Of a stretch of 64,000 nucleotides of DNA, positions 12,293-24,270 are shown in pieces; position 1 is the stretch's first letter; each line of letters begins with the position of its first letter. The position numbers and the translations under genes were made by a program. Below the pieces are notes generated by a model, which saw only the letters and a program-made list of their open reading frames with translations, did no database searches and had not been told where the DNA came from. The stretch is from Psammoneis japonica (lineage: Eukaryota): NCBI GenBank assembly GCA_008632985.1, contig QPGO01000059.1:186001-250000 (forward strand). The letters run 5' to 3'.

Positions 12293-15200
12293 TTAGAAAC
12301 AAGTCTGACCAACACTTCCTTCTGTCCTGTGCAGCCCAAACAAATGGGGCCTTTTCTTGCACTTCTGCCACTCCTGGACATTCTTCATAAACCAAAACAT
12401 TGTCCCCAATTGCTTCGATGGGGACAACCCGCAACTCAGGTGAGTGCTGAGTCTTCTCAGGCATTGAGAGCCAGTTGTTTCATTTGTGATCAAGCTGCCA
12501 GCGACTGTCCAAGTCTGTGTGCTGATGCCATTGCCTCACAGTTCTCTGGTCAGCTTGACAAGCAGTTGGATGGACCACTGCAAAAATTGATCCTGGGTCT
12601 TCCTGTTCAAAGAAACACAGCAAACGGGAGGGAAACTGTTGGCTGCCCTTTCGTGTGCCAAAGGTCACATGGGCACAGTCATGCCATGGGCCTTCGCTTT
12701 TGTAATTGGGGTGCGCACGGTGCGCATCCCTTCCGTTTGCATTGTAAAACTCTGTCTTGCAAGTCAGATGTGTGTTTTCATCATCTTCACCAACACAATC
12801 CTCCCACTTTTCTGACATGAAGTTTGGCAACACAGGATGAACTTGGCAACGAGTGTGCAAGCTGTTCCACTCAAACGTCACAGCGCGGATCCCTCAGTTG
12901 CAGGTGAGAGTGAACACACTTCCTCCCAGCGTGTGATTGTCCATCCTGACTCTTGATGTTTCCTTTTTCCCAGTTGGCAAAATCCAACTGTCAGCTGAAA
13001 TTGTGGCGTTGAGCCTCATTTGGTCCTCCGTGCGTGACACGACCTGCTTCAGAAAACTGCCGAGGTTGCATTGTTGTGTGGCAGATGATGGCAGCTTGAA
13101 AAAGTCTTTCAAGAGACACTCCCCCAAGCCTGCGTCAAAGTTCATCGCATGTCGGCAACAATGAAGAAACGCCAGGAGATGGAGTGTTTCATGAAGCTTT
13201 TGAAACTTCCGCCCGCATCCTTCTGTTCGCGGGACGAATTGCACTGTCCGGTCAATGAGGAGACGGATTTTCTTGTTTATTTTCTGAACAGATGAGCTGG
13301 GAGTTGCGCTTGTGATGGGTGGATCGCCTGGCCTGTGCCATGCGTGGAAGACAAGAAGATCCTCGAGCAATTGAATGAATTGCCGGACGCTGCAGTTGAG
13401 TCTTTTTCCCTTGCATTTTTTCTTTTTTTGGTTGTCGTCACCATCCTCTGCCTCGCTCTCCTCTTTCTCATCCTAATTTTCGTCCCAGTCACCCTCTTTG
13501 GACTCCTCCGACCTTTCATCGTCAGAGTCCAAGTGCTCACCAGGTTGGTGGCAACTCTCAAAGTTTGCTTTGGGCATCTTGCGATTCTCTGGAACAATGG
13601 GTTCATCTGCGTCCTCGTCAAGGAAGCATGACTCACATGCGTTTCGTCCCTCGCTGGTTGACAGGAGAAGGTAGAAAACAAAAGCCATTCCAGCCCAGTG
13701 GTGAGAGTTGAGGAAGGTGAGCAACGTTGCTCCTCCTTTGAAGTTTGTTTGCAAAAAGGATGTTTTGCAAGTTGACCGGTGATTGCTGAAAATCCTTTCC
13801 ACTGTGCTGTCCACCTCACTTGCGACCACAGGTGTCATGCTGTCTACAAATGAATTGATCACCCTTTTCAAGGTGCCGTTTTCAAAGAGATGCATCATGT
13901 CGCTTGCTGTTGCAAGGGCAACGCCATGTGGTTGTGCGCCAAAGTCTGCCTCAAAAAGACAGTTGGCAGGTGCGTTGTGTTGCTCAAGGTGATGCAAGAT
14001 GCCCAACCAGTGCTTCCTTTTTCTTGGTCTGATCTGTTGTCATCGTTGGCCTCAGTTTGCACTTGTTGGAGATCCAGTCCTCAGACAAACTCACATTCAA
14101 TCCATGGGTCGTCCAGTTTGTTGAAGCCAGTGAGGCAAAAACGACAGCAATGTTGACGACAGTTGTGACCTCCGCATCGTCCGACAAGACAGTCACCACT
14201 TTTTGCATCTCCCATGATCAGAACGATCAGTGGGATTGCGTGGAGGTGTCGCATCTCATCCCCTCATCGCACGCATGTTTTCATGCCTCCTTTTCTCATG
14301 ACTTCCAAAAGTGGCTCCAAAATGACATGCAAGCAAGTGTGGCAGTCTCTTGACGAGCGTCCCTTCTCCGCCTTGCGATTGTTTGAGAAATTTTTTGCTG
14401 CAGATGACGACATCTTTTCCAAATCAGGGAGATGACCAATTGGTTTCCAGACACTCTTGTCCGACCATTTGTTGAAGGCAACATGCGCAGAGGTCATGAT
14501 CACTGGCACTCCGCAATGTGATCCCATCCCTTGTGTCCCACCAGTCTTGTCGAGGCAAATGACATTGCACTCGAGAAATTGTTTCTCCGGGTCAGTTGTC
14601 CGTTCTTCGTAACTGCGCCTGAACCACTCACCCGCCAAAAGGCACTTGTCATCCTGTCCCTTCGCTTTGCACTTCCCAAAAGGATTGTCTGGATCGGCCA
14701 CATTCTCTCTGCTGCACCACAGGTGAGGATCGAGCAAAAACAGTTCCCAAACCTTTGTGAAATCCCATCTTGGCACTGACACTCGTTTTGGCAAACCGGT
14801 TTTGAAATTTTTGGTTTCTAGAGTGACAGGAATAGACTCGCTGGGTGGAAGAGGGAAATGCTCAGTCAAGGTGCACATCAACTCTTTTCTCCTTGGCAGA
14901 ACTGTGCCAAGCTCAATGTTGCTGTTCCCAGCGTGCCTCTCAATGAAATCAACAATGCAGTTGCACAATTCCAGGGGAGCACCACGTGTGTCCATGAGCT
15001 TCTTGCACAACTCTGCGCAAGCTCCGTCAAGATTTGTCAAAGAGGGAGCAGAAGCCAAGGCCTCTTCTGCAGGAGTGTGATTCCTGATCCCCAAACGTTG
15101 ATCCTCATCGTGAACATCCTCTTCCTCCTCCATTGTCACATCCAACACTGCAGCAAAGGATTGACCACCGCCAACATCCAAATCGTTCATTGCCAAAAGT

Positions 15201-15478
15201 TCAACTCCATGCATGCTGTGGTTTGATGAAATGGAGGACATGTCATCCATTCCATGCGGAGCGTCATCCGGGGAGGGGAACAAGGGGCTGCTGCTCGGAT
15301 CACTCGTTGAAGATCTTGGGAATCTGCTGTGAGCAGATCGCCTCGGATGGGGTTCGTCATCATCAGAGGACGAAGAGGAAGAACCACCACTTTCTTTGGG
15401 TGGCCCCTCCATTGTGGCAGGAATGTCACTTTGATCTGGGATCAGATCTTGGGTTTGCAGCTCTTGGCGTGATTCCAC
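12293..15478 (-). pseudogene. Plavaka-like transposase, broken by stops and frameshifts
   Basis: Collinear motifs ICLDKTG, WKPIGHLPDL, IMGDAKSGD, SDMMHLFENG, FQKLHETLH, NFDAGLGE..LKDFFK and RAHPNYKSEGPWHD. Confidence 0.75.
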
Positions 15479-16259
15479 ATGATGACATCACTCGTGCACA
15501 GTGCGTGATGGCTTGATTCGCACGATCCACAATGCGAACGCACGATCGATTTGATGCGATCCAAATGCGAACGAATGGGGATTTTGGCAAGATTCCCCAT
15601 TTGCACGATCCCACTTTCTCTGCTCTAAACTAGCTCACAATTTTCACAACGACAAAGTCGCAACACATCTTCTTTTTCAGCACCTGGCACATGCATGGGG
15701 CACAGCAATTGGGCAACTGAGTGACTTGTTGGTGAGTGTCTCCAATGGCAGGCCATTCGCAAAAAACTTTTGCCACACCCGGGACAGAGAAGAGGGTTTC
15801 CGTCCATTGTCAATCAGACAATGTTGACAGGGCCTTCATCAAGACTCATGCTTGTCGTCCTTGTCTTGTGGATGAGAAGGGAAAAGAAGAACAACACGCA
15901 AAAAATGGCGGGAAATTGGCAAACATCACATCATCTTCCAGATTTGGATGATTCTTGTGGGCATGACGTGTCTGCATTTTAATTTTTTATCTGGCATTTA
16001 CAATGAATGTTGTGCTTTTTATTTGCTGTCAAAATGCAGGACATCATCTCCGTTGAAATGCAATGACAGCCATGTCAAAAAGCAAGTTGGACTGTTCGTT
16101 GTTGTGTGCAAACACATTTTCAAATTTCAGTGTTGCTGACAACAATTTGTGCAATGTCACAGAGAAAAACAGAGTGGCTGGCTGTCTCAACACGACCCAA
16201 ATGATGGTTGCACTGTTGAACAGCAACACTCCTCTCATCGTTGTCGTGAAAAGATCAAG

Positions 16260-17566
16260 ATGTCGTCTCCAGCACCACCAGCAAAGAAGAGAAAGAAAAA
16301 TGAGACGATCAAGCCAATGAGCCCGAGACTTCAGGCAGTGTTGAAGAGAACAGGTGCGCAGGCAGCGTGTGGTGCATTGAAATCAGAAGAAGAGAAGGTG
16401 GCCCCAGAAATGATCTCTTTCCACAGGTGAAGTTTCTCAGTCCGTCAGAATTGGCAAGCAATGGGAGCGTCTCAATGTTTGTCAAGAAACAGATTGCTGG
16501 TGGCAACATGGACACTTCAAATTGGTCAGGAACTTGGGAGGAATGGGCAAAAAAGGCGGCAAAAAGGCAAGTTGACAATCGCAGAAACACGGTGTGTTCA
16601 GCCATTGGGGCAGAGGCAATGGCCTGCAAGCCAAGTGACCAATGTGTGTGATTCGAGAGTTGTGTGCATCTCACAAGAAGATGACGGTGATGCTTTGTCT
16701 GTGCAGGCGTTGTCACCAAGGAAGAGGGAAAGGAAAAAGAAAAGAAACTCAAGGCGGCAGTCAGGAGGAAAAAGCAAGGCAGGAAAAAGTCAAGCTGTGA
16801 CAAGAATGAAAAGAAAGATGTCCCGTTTGTGCCGACATGGGATCTGTTCAGCCTGGACACTGTCGCCGGTGGCAAACGAAGGAACAAGCAGGCACACAAG
16901 TGGTTCTGTGATCACATCCTGCCTCAAACCAAGCAAAAGCAGGCATGGAGCAGCGCCATCAAAACTGGGAACGCACAGGTCTCACAGTTGTTTGCGGTTG
17001 GTGACGAAGCTTTGGCGCTGTTGGCCATGGAGAATTGTTGGCAGGTGTGGGCATGCAGGAACAAGGAGGAGGCGGTGGAAGAATTGGGTGAGGAAATGGA
17101 GCCCGAAGAAACAAGGCCTGCCCCTCGGTGCACGAAGCCAAAGAAACAACGAGTGTCTTGGGGAGACGACGGAATCAATCGGTTCAACGATTTGTGCAAA
17201 GAGGTGACGAAAGATGGAGACTCCAAGGAGGGTAAGGAGTTTGAAAAGTGGCATGCGGAGATCAAGAAAAGCGAGCACGAGAAGTCCGGAGAAGCAAAAA
17301 AGAAGAAGAAGAAAGCACCGACCGGTGACACGGATGAGGTGAAGGCAATGAACAGCCCAATGGTGGAGAGCAGCAGGGATGACAACAGCAACAACAATGA
17401 GCAGGAGGAAGGCGCAAAAGGCAAAATGAATGATGGAGGAGACGAGTCCGATGGAGACCAGTCCGATGATGATCGTCAGCTTGGTTCAAGAGAGTTGCAG
17501 CAAGAAAATGTGTGCACAGTTGACATGGCACTCGGTCATTGCACTGCAGACGTAACAAGGGATTGA
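16260..17566 (+). pseudogene. Accessory ORF of the TIR element, divergently oriented from the transposase
   Basis: Basic N-terminus (PAKKRKK), motifs GDEALALLAMENCW and SWGDDGINRFNDLCKEV, acidic tail. Split across frames. Confidence 0.55.
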
Positions 17567-18223
17567 CTTGACCGATGAAATGCTTTTCTTGTTTAAAATG
17601 ATGTTTGCGAAAATCAACAAACCAAGGATTGTGTGGCAATGCAATCACGCGTTGGCATGTGGCAACAAGGTGGGGGCAGACACAGCGATGTGGGCGCAGT
17701 GAAAAACAGCACACATGATTCTTGGCAAGTCACTGCAACATTGGTGTGGCAAACTTGCAACCAGAGGTTGGCCTGTCATTGTGTGACAATAATTTTTTGC
17801 AATGTTTCGACAAATTGTCATCATGCAAATCTGCACATTTTTGACATTTCGTGCACTCTGATGCAGCTGGTTTTTGGTCATGACACATCTGGCCAATTGG
17901 AAGTTTGTCAACAAGTGTTGCACTCAAAATGTCCTGTGCAACAACACACATGAAAATGCCGGCCACTTGCCTTGTGGCTGCAAAGCTGGCAACCAAGTTT
18001 GCACAACCACCAAGGACGACGTCCAATGCAAGCAAGTTCTTGAACCCTGAGGAGGGTCCTTTTCACATTGTTCGCAATCATGCCAATGGCACAGTCACCA
18101 TCCAGTGCTCTCCTGACGTTGCTGAATGGATGGACGTCTGTCGACTTCACCCTGTCTTCTATCTGCTGCTCTAGAGCTACCACTAGCTAGAGAGTAGAGA
18201 GCCTGCCCAGTTGGGGAAGCGAG

Positions 18224-18413
18224 TGCCGTGGGGGTGTGTGTGTCTTCTGTGTGCGTGTTCTGTCCGTACGGTCTCTCAAGTGATTTTCAAGAAGATGTTT
18301 CTCCGTGTACACGTGTTTTCAATAAGTCATTTCAATGTAATAAGTAATAAGTCTTTTCAATGACTTATTAATGTATCAGGGTTCGGTTTCTGATCACGTA
18401 AGTACGTTCTACA
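18224..18413 (+). repeat. Putative 3' LTR of Gypsy copy 1
   Basis: Follows GGGGAAGCGAG, starts TG and ends TTCTACA (end approximate). Homologous to 26121-26301. Contains the inverted repeat AATAAGTCATT...AATGACTTATT. Confidence 0.65.
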
Positions 18414-18567
18414 CATGATGTAGCTCTGGAGGTCATCTTCTGTGTCCATCTCGTCTCACAAATCAAATTCGAGCATCTCTAACAATAACAACTCTACATT
18501 ATCAACTATCACTTGGCGCCATTGGGCAGTGTCATAATCGAGTTCTGAGTCATGTGATCAAGAAGCC

Positions 18568-19101
18568 ATGTTATTCAAGCAACTTTTATTGCCACTTCTT
18601 CTAATTTTATTATGGACCCTACCGGTGTCGCTACAAGCTACCATCCGAGCAGTCGCCGAGGCTGACACAACCCAGTGTGAAACTTGTGCTCTGCCCGCCA
18701 ATAGTGGTCGCTGTAGGGCTTATTTTCCGCTGTGGTTCTTTTCCTCGACAACTGGATTGTGTGAATCCTTTGTATATGGCGGATGCGGGGGTAATGACAA
18801 CAAGTACGAAACCAAAGAAGCCTGTGAAAGCAACAATTGTCTAGCATGTCCTGACATTCATTGCATGGTGTGTGCCTTCCCTCCCAAGTCGGGTGATTGT
18901 GAAGCTGCCATTTCCAAATGGTACTACAACCCCAACACGCTTTCCTGTCAGGAGTTTCTCTGGGGCGGGTGCGAAGCGGGGAGCAATGCCAATCGGTTTG
19001 ATTCGCAAGCAGACTGCGAAGCTTTTGGTTGCAGGAGTTGCAATCCAGAGATTCAGTGCTTTTGCACACGGGGACCAATCATCAAAATCCAGTCCATTTA
19101 G
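18568..19101 (+). CDS. Secreted two-domain Kunitz/BPTI protease inhibitor, copy B
   Basis: Signal peptide plus two Kunitz domains; close paralog of copies A and C. Confidence 0.9.
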   Translation: MLFKQLLLPLLLILLWTLPVSLQATIRAVAEADTTQCETCALPANSGRCRAYFPLWFFSSTTGLCESFVYGGCGGNDNKYETKEACESNNCLACPDIHCMVCAFPPKSGDCEAAISKWYYNPNTLSCQEFLWGGCEAGSNANRFDSQADCEAFGCRSCNPEIQCFCTRGPIIKIQSI

Positions 19102-20053
19102 CGTTGCATTGTAGATTACAATCTTTTTAGTTCAGAAGAGTTTTATTTTCCCTTCATGCACCCTTTTTAGTGCCTCAAACACTCAAGAGCATGCAAGTAG
19201 CACGAAAGCAACACGGAAAACTGCCCTTACGCTCCCCTTTATAGTTCAGAGAACAACTCATGCACGGGACTCTTGATAATTCTTCCCCAAAAAGGTCAAG
19301 GCGGTAGCACTAGGACTCTGGGTATGCGGCAAAATACAGTGTAAATATTCGACTTTCCTTGGGAGGCTTCTTCCAACCGAACTTGACGCGCAGAGCAATC
19401 AAGAAAAGATTGACATTGTCGATATCACCCATGCTGTTTCGTTTTGACGCTGATAAGCTGCACGATCGGGCAGCTGCTTGTCCCTGCATACGAGGAGGGC
19501 CTTCTTCCCGTTCCTTGTCGAGCAATAACACCAATTACAGGCTTGACATCCTCTTCATTCCGGACAGTAGACGACATGCTTGACTATTTCCCGAAGCACG
19601 ACTTCGCAGTTTACAAGTGAAGACAATATAAAAAATGTAGTCAAACGTGTGCGTGTACGACCTAGACGCTTCAATGACATCTCGTACTCGACGCAAGCGA
19701 CCCAGGAAAAGTGCGGAGGCACAATTGTTGGCTGCGGAAGCACATTGCTTGAGAAACGCCGTCTCCACCTCGATCGTTTCCCGGACGAATAGGTGCATGC
19801 GAGGTTTCCTTCAGCCCCAAGCCCGTATTCTCCGTTTGGTCACTGTCAGTGGAAGTCGCCATGTTGACATTTGGCGTATTGGTCCTTGCATCGTATTGTG
19901 AATCTTCACAGATAGTGCTGGTAGTGGCTGCTGTCTGTAATATGATCACTCCGGATCCACATCGTGTTAAGAAGTTTTTGCAAGAACCTGGCGGTGTTCG
20001 ACACCATGATTCTCCCGTTCATTTGCATCCATCAAGATTTATCGACCGCTAGA

Positions 20054-20908
20054 CTAAGGTTTACAACGGTTTCTGCGTTTGGACCGTTTTGATGGTCGCT
20101 CCCACCACGCCACGTAGGCACTTGAGGGCTTTGTATACTCCTTTTCTTCAAAGTCGCTGTCGAGTCGTCCCCGTTGACGTGCTTTTAAAAAAAGCGCAAG
20201 TTGCTTCTTTTGTCTCTTGTCCAGACGTGGCGGTCCACGAATCTGGAGTTGGTCACTAGCATCTTGATGGTTGCTACTGCCACCATAGCCTTGGCTGTGC
20301 AAGTTTGACACATAGTCCGCGACAAAAGATGAATCGCTCAGTTCTAACGAAGCGCCGCTGTTGTCTCTCTGAATGAATGCTCGTCTCATGGTCTCTGCCA
20401 AGACTTTTCTATGCCATGTCTGTTCTCGACGGGGATGGTAATGTTGGTGGTCACGTCGGATACGCTGGAACAATTCAACATCGTTTGTCACAATACACAG
20501 GGATGACCACTTTTCATCAGAACAAATTCGACTGGATTCCTTGACAATGACATCGTCAGCCGTTTGACTCAAGCCTGCAAAAACCACGGCCAATTGTGAA
20601 TTGTACACAAACGCTTGTCGCTCCGTCCCGTGATCCAATACCAAAACAATGTTTAAACACTTCGACATGTGCATGGAGAAATCCTTCAACTTGTGAAGCA
20701 GTTGAGCTTGAGACCATTCGAAATTGTTAGCTCCACGAACGTTATTACCGTCAACAAGCAGTACGGAGGGACAACTCTTGTCTGTGTTGTGTTGCTGTAC
20801 CCAATCATGAAAGATTTGGTTGTTTGTCTTTTTTGATGTCTTCATCAAAAGAAGACAAGCACTCTCAACCGTCATTAAAAAGAGCGCAAGAAGAAGTGTC
20901 GTTAGCAT
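20054..20908 (-). CDS. NYN/YacP-like PIN-fold nuclease, internally deleted copy
   Basis: LLVDGNNVRG, LVLDHG, QTADDVIV and IVTNDVEL. Lacks about 70 aa present in the 27934-29037 copy. Confidence 0.7.
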   Translation of the reverse strand: MLTTLLLALFLMTVESACLLLMKTSKKTNNQIFHDWVQQHNTDKSCPSVLLVDGNNVRGANNFEWSQAQLLHKLKDFSMHMSKCLNIVLVLDHGTERQAFVYNSQLAVVFAGLSQTADDVIVKESSRICSDEKWSSLCIVTNDVELFQRIRRDHQHYHPRREQTWHRKVLAETMRRAFIQRDNSGASLELSDSSFVADYVSNLHSQGYGGSSNHQDASDQLQIRGPPRLDKRQKKQLALFLKARQRGRLDSDFEEKEYTKPSSAYVAWWERPSKRSKRRNRCKP

Positions 20909-21067
20909 TGTGAGGAAACAACTGTCCTGTCGGGCGCAAGGAAAGCAGCAGCAGAATGACCGTAACTGTTGCTGCAGTTAAACGCAATGGGAAATGCAGC
21001 AGCAACGGCGAACGCTGGCATGCCATGGCGTTGATGGGCACATCCGCGCTTGATTCCAAAATTGCAA

Positions 21068-22817
21068 TACCCAGGCTATCCAGCAGTTCCTCCCAGCCAG
21101 AAGAAGAAGAGAAAAGGAAAAGAAAGCAAAAAATAGCCATTGATGTAGTTTTGATACGGGGCGCTGTAGTGCCGCAGCACGCAGTGCAGACGGACGCATG
21201 CAGGTGCAGACGCGCCACGTCCCGGCGACAATTACAAGTGGTGGAGGCAGGCCGTTGAGGAACTCGGGAGCGGCAGGCAGGGTGCGTTAGGCACGTCGAA
21301 TTCGGTACGAAGTGTCATGCGTTTATTTATGCACGCAGAAGGATGTGGATCGCCAACGCCTGGAACACAGCACACAGCAGTCAGCACACCTCCATCAGTT
21401 GTTTGCACACCCTTGGAGCTGCACCCAGAATTGGGTGTGTGTTGTGCTCTCCAGAGCAAAGACCAGAGAAGGGCTGTTCATGCGAAAGCCACTGGGCAAG
21501 GACCTGTGAAAATGCAAGGTCCCAGAAAGCTGCGAAGCCTTGACAAGACTCATGAAGGAGAGAAGCGCCACCCATTTCTCTCAGCAACAATGCGCAGAAG
21601 TGTCAACGCAGTGTGCAAACACAAGATTGGGGTGCCCAACCACTGTGCAACCATCCAGCAAAACCAACCATAAAAATGCAACAATTTCGTAAAATCAAAA
21701 ATTTTGATTGGACCAGCACATTGCGCAGAAATCTGCGCACACACGTCACACAACGTCGAATGGATTTCAACCAACAAACCAAGAGTGCGTGAATGCAAAT
21801 GTTGCACAAAACGGAGCAACAGAGAAAAAAATGGATTTGCAACAACAAACAAAGAAGGCAGACGAGCCAAAGAAAACTGAAGAGGACAAGAAAAGGGTGC
21901 AGACAGATGCAGAACTGTTTCAGTCAGCAACGAACAAAGAAGACGGGGAGAAGATTGCGGCGGAAGAAGCAAGAGCGGCGTTCGAGCTTGCTTCAGGAAA
22001 TTGTGATGTCTCTCATCTGCACTTGTGCCAGACAACACGAGAGTGGACGGTTGTCATGTGGAAGCAACGGCTGTGCCCAGGGATGATTCAACCATGGAGG
22101 AGCTAAAGGCAGCGTGGGCGGCAGCACCACCACAGACTGGTGGGAGATTTTTCACCGAGGAGGAGCTGGAAGAAGCAGGAGCAATGGAGCAGGAGAAGGA
22201 GCAAGCAAGGATCCTACGGAACAAGTGTGGACAGAAATGATGGAATGGGTGCAAGTTTCAACCAACCATTCAGCAAAGACAACCGCGTCAGTGCGCAAAT
22301 TTCACACACTCAGACTTTCACTTGAGCCACCGTGGATCGAGCATGGACAGAAACAATGGAATGGGCACAAGCTGCGACCAACTGTTTGGCAAAGACAACC
22401 GCATCAACACGCAAATTTCGCACACTTTCACTTTCACTTGAGCCACCGCACCTCGAATTAGACAACATCAATGTGCACAGATGAACTCGTGAAACCTCAC
22501 AGAAGACAGAACGGTCAGAAGCAAAACAACCAGCACCGTGCACTGCTCTGGCCCCAATGCATGTTAGTCAGGTCACGTGGGTCGCGCAGAAGTGCGCACC
22601 GTGCAGGTGGCACCCTGTTTCGAAAAAACAACCATTGTGTGCTACAATTGGTTTGGACGCCCGGCGCAAAACTCACTTGACAGGTAAAAAAATGCAGCAA
22701 AATGATTGGTGCAAGCAATCATCACGCCTCTGTTTTCTGACAGTGGCGAGCGCGGCAATCCAAAATCTTTTGGTTTCAGACTTCGATGCAGAGAGTTCCA
22801 CCTGAGAGAGGAGGAAC
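21068..22817 (+). mobile_element. Insertion containing a Helitron-like helicase C-terminal fragment
   Basis: Absent from the homologous position in the third repeat unit (about 29200-29210). Encodes NWVCVVLSRAKTREGLFMRKPL, the PIF1-like motif YVxLSR with Y to C. Hairpin GTTCCACCT-GAGAG-AGGAGGAAC at the right end. Confidence 0.6.
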
Positions 22818-24270
22818 CAATTCCTCCAACAACGTTTGACTCGTCCGACTCTGTTCCTGGTTGTGCGGTGCCAAAGCATGTGCACCACATCTCAAGCTCT
22901 TTGTTCTGTTGCAAGGAAAGAAGTCAATGAGCTTGAAAACATTGGAGTCATTGCTTGAGATGCCACTTGCGATTGGCTGGGGTGCCACACCTTGTTTGTT
23001 CCTGCCAAAGAAAAATGGCAGAGCTCAACTTGTGGCACCTCGACTTCTTGTGTCTCACACGACATCCTCCTTGCCCAGCGCCAAACCCTGGTGATGTGTT
23101 TTGGAAGATCAACCTGCTCACATGCACCACTTGCTTTGATCTCAACCATGTCCATTGTTGTTTTGTGCTTGACCACAAGCTGAGCATGCTTTGTTCTGTC
23201 ATCTTGCTGCGGGGCAAGTGTGTTGCCACCTTTCTCTCTCCTCCCACAAGGAGCCATGTCCTTTTGTTTGCAAAACCACAACCTTTGTTTGGCACCTTTG
23301 ATGAATCAAGATCATCAAATGTTGGCACCCATTGCTGTTGGAAGAGCATGGCTGTGCTTTTGAACATTGTCCTGGCAAGGACAGCGCCATTGCCAACTTT
23401 TTGAGCAACCAATGGCACCATGACTGATGTCTCTCTGGCAACAATTTTGAAGAAGCCCCAAACTTTGGAGCTTTCTGAACATCAGTTTCCAGTCATCTGT
23501 GACTGCGCTGCAGAGAGCATCAAGCTGCCAACAAGTCTCCTCAGCTTTGTGAGAAAGCCCTCCATGCACACAAGCCATGAGTTGCAAAAACATCATGTCA
23601 CTCCATGGAGTGACAAGAATGTCCTTCCACTGGCTCCATTTCCAGCTGTGTTGCACTGGCATGACAGCTCTCTCTGCCATTCTGGAGCCAAGAAGAATTG
23701 CACCCACCTTGCTCTTGCCACCCACTTCTGCACTCAGAGTGTGAAAGCAAGAATCCAGTCATCTGTGACTGTGCTGCAAAGAGCCAAGCTGCTGTCAAGT
23801 CTCTTCAACTTTGTGAGAAAGCCCTCCATGTGTGCAAGCCATGAGTTTCAAAACCATCAAATTGCTCTGTGGAATGACAAGATTGTCCTTCCACTGGCTC
23901 TGTTTCCAGCTGTGTTGCACTGGTGCCACAACTCTCTCTGCCATCCTGGAGCCAATGATTGCACCCACCTTGCTCTTGCTGCCCACTTCTGCACTTGGAA
24001 TGTGCAAGAGCTGGTCTGCTGTTTCATCTGCGAGCTCCAGATTTGTCAAAAACAGAAATGCACCATGAAAAAGTGCAGCAGACTGCCGCCACCAGATGTC
24101 ACTCATGAGCTGTGTGGCAAGTCATGTTGTGTGGGCATTGACCACTTCTTTGTCAAGGCTGTCACTGTCATTGGTGTTGGCACCACTCATTGGGGATCAA
24201 ACTCTCATTGCACAGCTCCAAAACCTCGAAGAACATCTCATTGATTGAGGGTCATGCACGGTTTTGTCAT

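Larger units (their letters stand above)
6712..17863 (-). mobile_element. 11.15-kb DNA transposon with Plavaka-like (CACTA-related) transposase and cargo ORFs
   Basis: TIRs CATCAGAGTGCAC-AATGTCA (6712) and TGACATTTCGTGCACTCTGATG (ends 17863), flanked by a CA/CA 2-bp duplication. Removing it restores Gypsy integrase GCT CAG CTG GTT, the intact sequence seen in copy 2 at 24877-24888. Confidence 0.85.
4055..18413 (+). mobile_element. Decayed Ty3/Gypsy LTR retrotransposon, copy 1 (5' truncated), interrupted by the 11-kb TIR element
   Basis: RT remnants at about 4520-5000 (ARKEVDELENIGVI, CLPQGAMPSS, FFDNILL). Integrase zinc finger and core at about 5990-6710 (WHHN, QICQKQKCTMKKCG, EPWQVVQANLFGPW). 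Integrase tail at 17864-18160 (EGPFHIVRNHANGTVTIQ). Purine tract, then a TG-starting LTR at 18224. Confidence 0.85.

Noticed and set aside
7555..17566. Alternative genetic code or a foreign/viral insert with Tyr-free proteins
   Set aside because: TA is missing in all codon positions and in non-coding parts, across unrelated elements and a host pseudogene. This fits mutation, not recoding.
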